Assembly (NCBI GenBank): GCA_964016885.1 | Contig: OZ024765.1 | Span: 21,328,001-21,392,000 of the forward strand | Length of the DNA stretch: 64,000 nucleotides | Origin: Eledone cirrhosa | Lineage: Eukaryota | Reading direction: 5' to 3' | Part shown: piece by piece, positions 60,671 to 64,000 of the stretch | Position numbering within the stretch: the first letter of the stretch is position 1 | How the letters are laid out: the number at the start of each line of letters is the position of its first letter | Position numbers and translations under genes: made by a program | The notes under the pieces: generated by a model | What the model was told of the DNA's origin: nothing | Seen by the model: only the letters and a program-made list of their open reading frames with translations | The model's database searches: none

Positions 60671-61278
60671 ATGTCAGGTCACCAGTTGGTGCTACTGGTA
60701 ACATGTATCCCAGTACAACCTGTCTCATGGTCGGGTCGTTGGCGACTAAACTGGCAACCCCACCAAGGTTTCTTGGTGAGGAGGGTGACTTTGGACATCC
60801 TGCAGGACTAAAAACAAAACCTGTCAAAGGGCAAGGGAGCTCTTAAGAGTCAATAGCCATCCAAAATCACCGGGAGAGATGACCCCTTAGCCTTTGTCAA
60901 GGCAGAATTCTAGGAGAAGGAAAACTCTGATATAACACCTGCAACCCTGATGGTATCCAATGATGTTGACCTGTTCTTCTTTTTGGTAAATATCATCTTG
61001 GTTAAGAGAGTGGGACTGGCTTTGTGCAGTGCCTTTGCTCACTATAAAAGCTTCACGGCACAGGCATTGCTTTATATCTGGAGATCTCTCTGCACTTGTC
61101 ATCACATGGTACCATGGGCCCTGCACTATGTGTCAATAATGGTCACAAGTGTAGTCTTTGTACCAGGGTTTTCAAGTCGCTGGCTGGACTAAAGTCACAT
61201 TCGTTCAGCGCATCGGTAGGAGTTCTCCTACATGGATATAAAGTAGTGGCCGTACTCGAAAACGAGTTGGCAGCCACC
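60671..61278 (+). mobile_element. Longest copy of the RTE-like 5'-region/C2H2 retro-fragment
   Basis: Contains CTAGGAGAAGGAAAACTCTGA and [19 protein letters not shown]; ends GCAGCCACC(AT)n; flanked by (TA)n on both sides. Confidence 0.75.
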
Positions 61279-61309
61279 ATATATATATATATATATATGT
61301 ATGTATATA

Positions 61310-61354
<45 letters not shown>

Positions 61355-61401
61355 ATATATATGTATATATATATATATATATATGTATGTATATATATAT
61401 G

Positions 61402-61432
<31 letters not shown>

Positions 61433-61477
61433 ATATATATGTATATATATATATATATATGTATGTATATATATATG

Positions 61478-61538
<61 letters not shown>

Positions 61539-61539
61539 G

Positions 61540-61606
<67 letters not shown>

Positions 61607-61607
61607 G

Positions 61608-61638
<31 letters not shown>

Positions 61639-61687
61639 GTATGTATGTATGTATATATATATATATATATATGTATATATAAATATG

Positions 61688-61837
<150 letters not shown>

Positions 61838-61995
61838 TGTATATAAATATGTATATATATATATATAAATATGTATATATATATATATATATATAAATAT
61901 GTATATATATATATATATATATATAAATATGTATATATATATATATATATATATAAATATGTATATATATATATATATATGTATATATAAATATG

Positions 61996-62076
<81 letters not shown>

Positions 62077-62503
62077 ATGACATTTTTGGTGTTTCCCCAC
62101 ACACGGGCTTCTATATCGTACAGGTGTGTGTGAATAATGCTTAACCAGTTCAGCCCCCATGAGGCTCTTGCCTGCTTTGACTGCTTGTTTTACTTGTAAC
62201 AATCTGCCGCACTATAATCTTGTATAAATAGGACACGCGTGCATGCCACACGTGTGACTGTTGCATACACTGGCTGCTCCAAACTTTCCTTTTGCTTTAT
62301 CTTAGTAGACTGCCAATGTTTTATTTTAAATTTAATTTTAACTTTAATTTTGTCCTTTAATATGACTGTAATCTTTGTATGTAAATTACCATACTATATT
62401 ATTATAATGGATGTCAACCCACTGTGGGTCAATATATACATATGTTTCTATATGTCTCTTGTGTTGAAAAGGAGGTCAAGTATGTTAAAAATCAGTGAAT
62501 AAT

Positions 62504-62550
62504 TGCTCCGAAGACTCCAAACCTCGGTTTGGAAGAAACAATTCTAAGCA
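62504..62550 (+). ncRNA. Decayed hammerhead
   Basis: TGCT-CCGAAGA-CTCCAAAC ctcg GTTTGGAA-GAAA-CAATTC-TA-AGCA; U4C change and a stem III mismatch. Confidence 0.55.
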
Positions 62551-62597
62551 GATAACTGATTTAAACAGAACTTTGTTTCATGTAATCTCTCTCTCTT

Positions 62598-62672
<75 letters not shown>

Positions 62673-64000
62673 AAGAGAGAAGCTAGACGTCAGGTGTACT
62701 TAGCACGCAGGGAGGCAGAGAGTAGGAGGTTTGCCAATGTTCTGCAACGGAAAGATCAGAGGCGTGCGGTGTTCCACATTGCAAGGCAGTGTGTCAATGC
62801 AAATCAGGATGTTGTTGGTGATAAATGTGTCCGGGATGATGCCGGTGTACTTAGTGTCACGAATGACCAGAAAAAGGAGGCCTGGAAATGTCATTATGAG
62901 AGACTGATGAATGTGGAGAACGAATGGGAGAGAGAGAAATTACCCTTGGTAGATCCGACAGAGGGACCAGCTATTGAGATTGACGAATATAGGGTCCAAG
63001 AGGCGATTAGGGAAATGAAAAATGGTAAGGCGGCCGGACCATCGGGAATAGTTGCTGAGATGCTGAAGGCATCAGGGGACGTAGGCACTAAACTGGTTGC
63101 ACGCATAATCAATCAGGCTATATATGGTGGTGTCATACCCAAAGACTGGTGCAGCAGTATTCTCATAAATTGCTACAAAGGTAAAGGGGATGCTTTGGAG
63201 AGGAGCAATTATAGGGGTATAAAACTGATAGATCAGGTTATGAAAGTGGCAGAAAGGATTTTAGCACAACTAATTAGAGAAAGGATCAAACTAGATGAGA
63301 TGCAGTTTGGTTTTGTGCCTGGGAAGAGTACAACAGATGCCCTCTTCTTGGTGAGACAAATGCAAGAGAGGTTCTTAGAGAAGAATAAGCCACTATACTT
63401 AGCCTTTGTTGACCTAGAGAAGGCCTTTGATAGGGTACCCCGATCTGTCATCTGGTGGTCCCTAAGGAAGCTGGGTGTTGAGGAATGGCTTGTAAGGACA
63501 GTGCAAACTTTGTACAGAGGTACTCTCAGTAAAGTCAGGGTAGGAATGGAGTTTAGTGAGGAATTCCAGATACAAGTAGGAGTACATCAGGGTTCGGTCC
63601 TCAGCCCGCTCTTGTTCATTATAGTCCTCCAAGCCATAACAGAGGAGTTTAAGACTGGCTGTCCATGGGAACTTCTCTATGCTGACGATCTGGCTCTTAT
63701 GGCAGAATCAGTAGAGGAGCTAGAGAATAAATTCCGGCTATGGAAACAGCAGTTGGAAGCAAGAGGACTGAGAGTAAATCTAGCTAAGACAAAAGTGTTG
63801 ATGAGTAGAAAAGAGGACAAAACCCTGATTCCGTCAGGGAAATGGCCATGTTCGATATGCAGAAAAGGAACTGGCATAAATTCTATAAAATGCACACAAT
63901 GTAGGTCCTGGGTACACAAGAGATGTAGCGGGATAGCAGGCAAACTAACAGGTAGGGAGAACTATGTATGCAGTAGATGTACAGGGAAATTAGACAGTAG
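62673..64000 (+). mobile_element. RTE LINE fragment (same family as 48556-51780), RT region, runs off the window
   Basis: Highly similar to the reverse complement of ~49235-50560; retains TGG at both codons that are stops in the other copy; YADD at ~63678. Confidence 0.95.

Overview
Repeat-saturated animal genomic DNA. The RTE LINEs with (TGA)n tails, tRNA-derived SINEs and extreme (TA)n density suggest an octopus or other cephalopod, but this is inference. No convincing host protein-coding gene is present, and almost all listed ORFs are microsatellite artefacts. The window holds three minisatellites (48, 56 and 108 bp), a ~16.4 kb diverged inverted duplication, at least four RTE-type LINE lineages (two with 5' inversions, one with an intact ~890-codon ORF carrying a PHD finger), tRNA-derived SINEs including a 359-bp tandem array, a TTAA MITE, an intron-containing tRNA-Lys(UUU) pseudogene, a deleted Penelope-like element and a candidate promoter. 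The most interesting signal, read by eye, is a set of minimal type-I hammerhead ribozymes. They lie in short, mutually unrelated islands inside (TA)n tracts and are often duplicated as inverted repeats; one has a compensatory U3-A8 core (UUGAAAA). A second hypothesis is that one retroelement group primes reverse transcription at internal ATAT motifs on (TA)n targets. All alignments, folds and copy counts are manual estimates.
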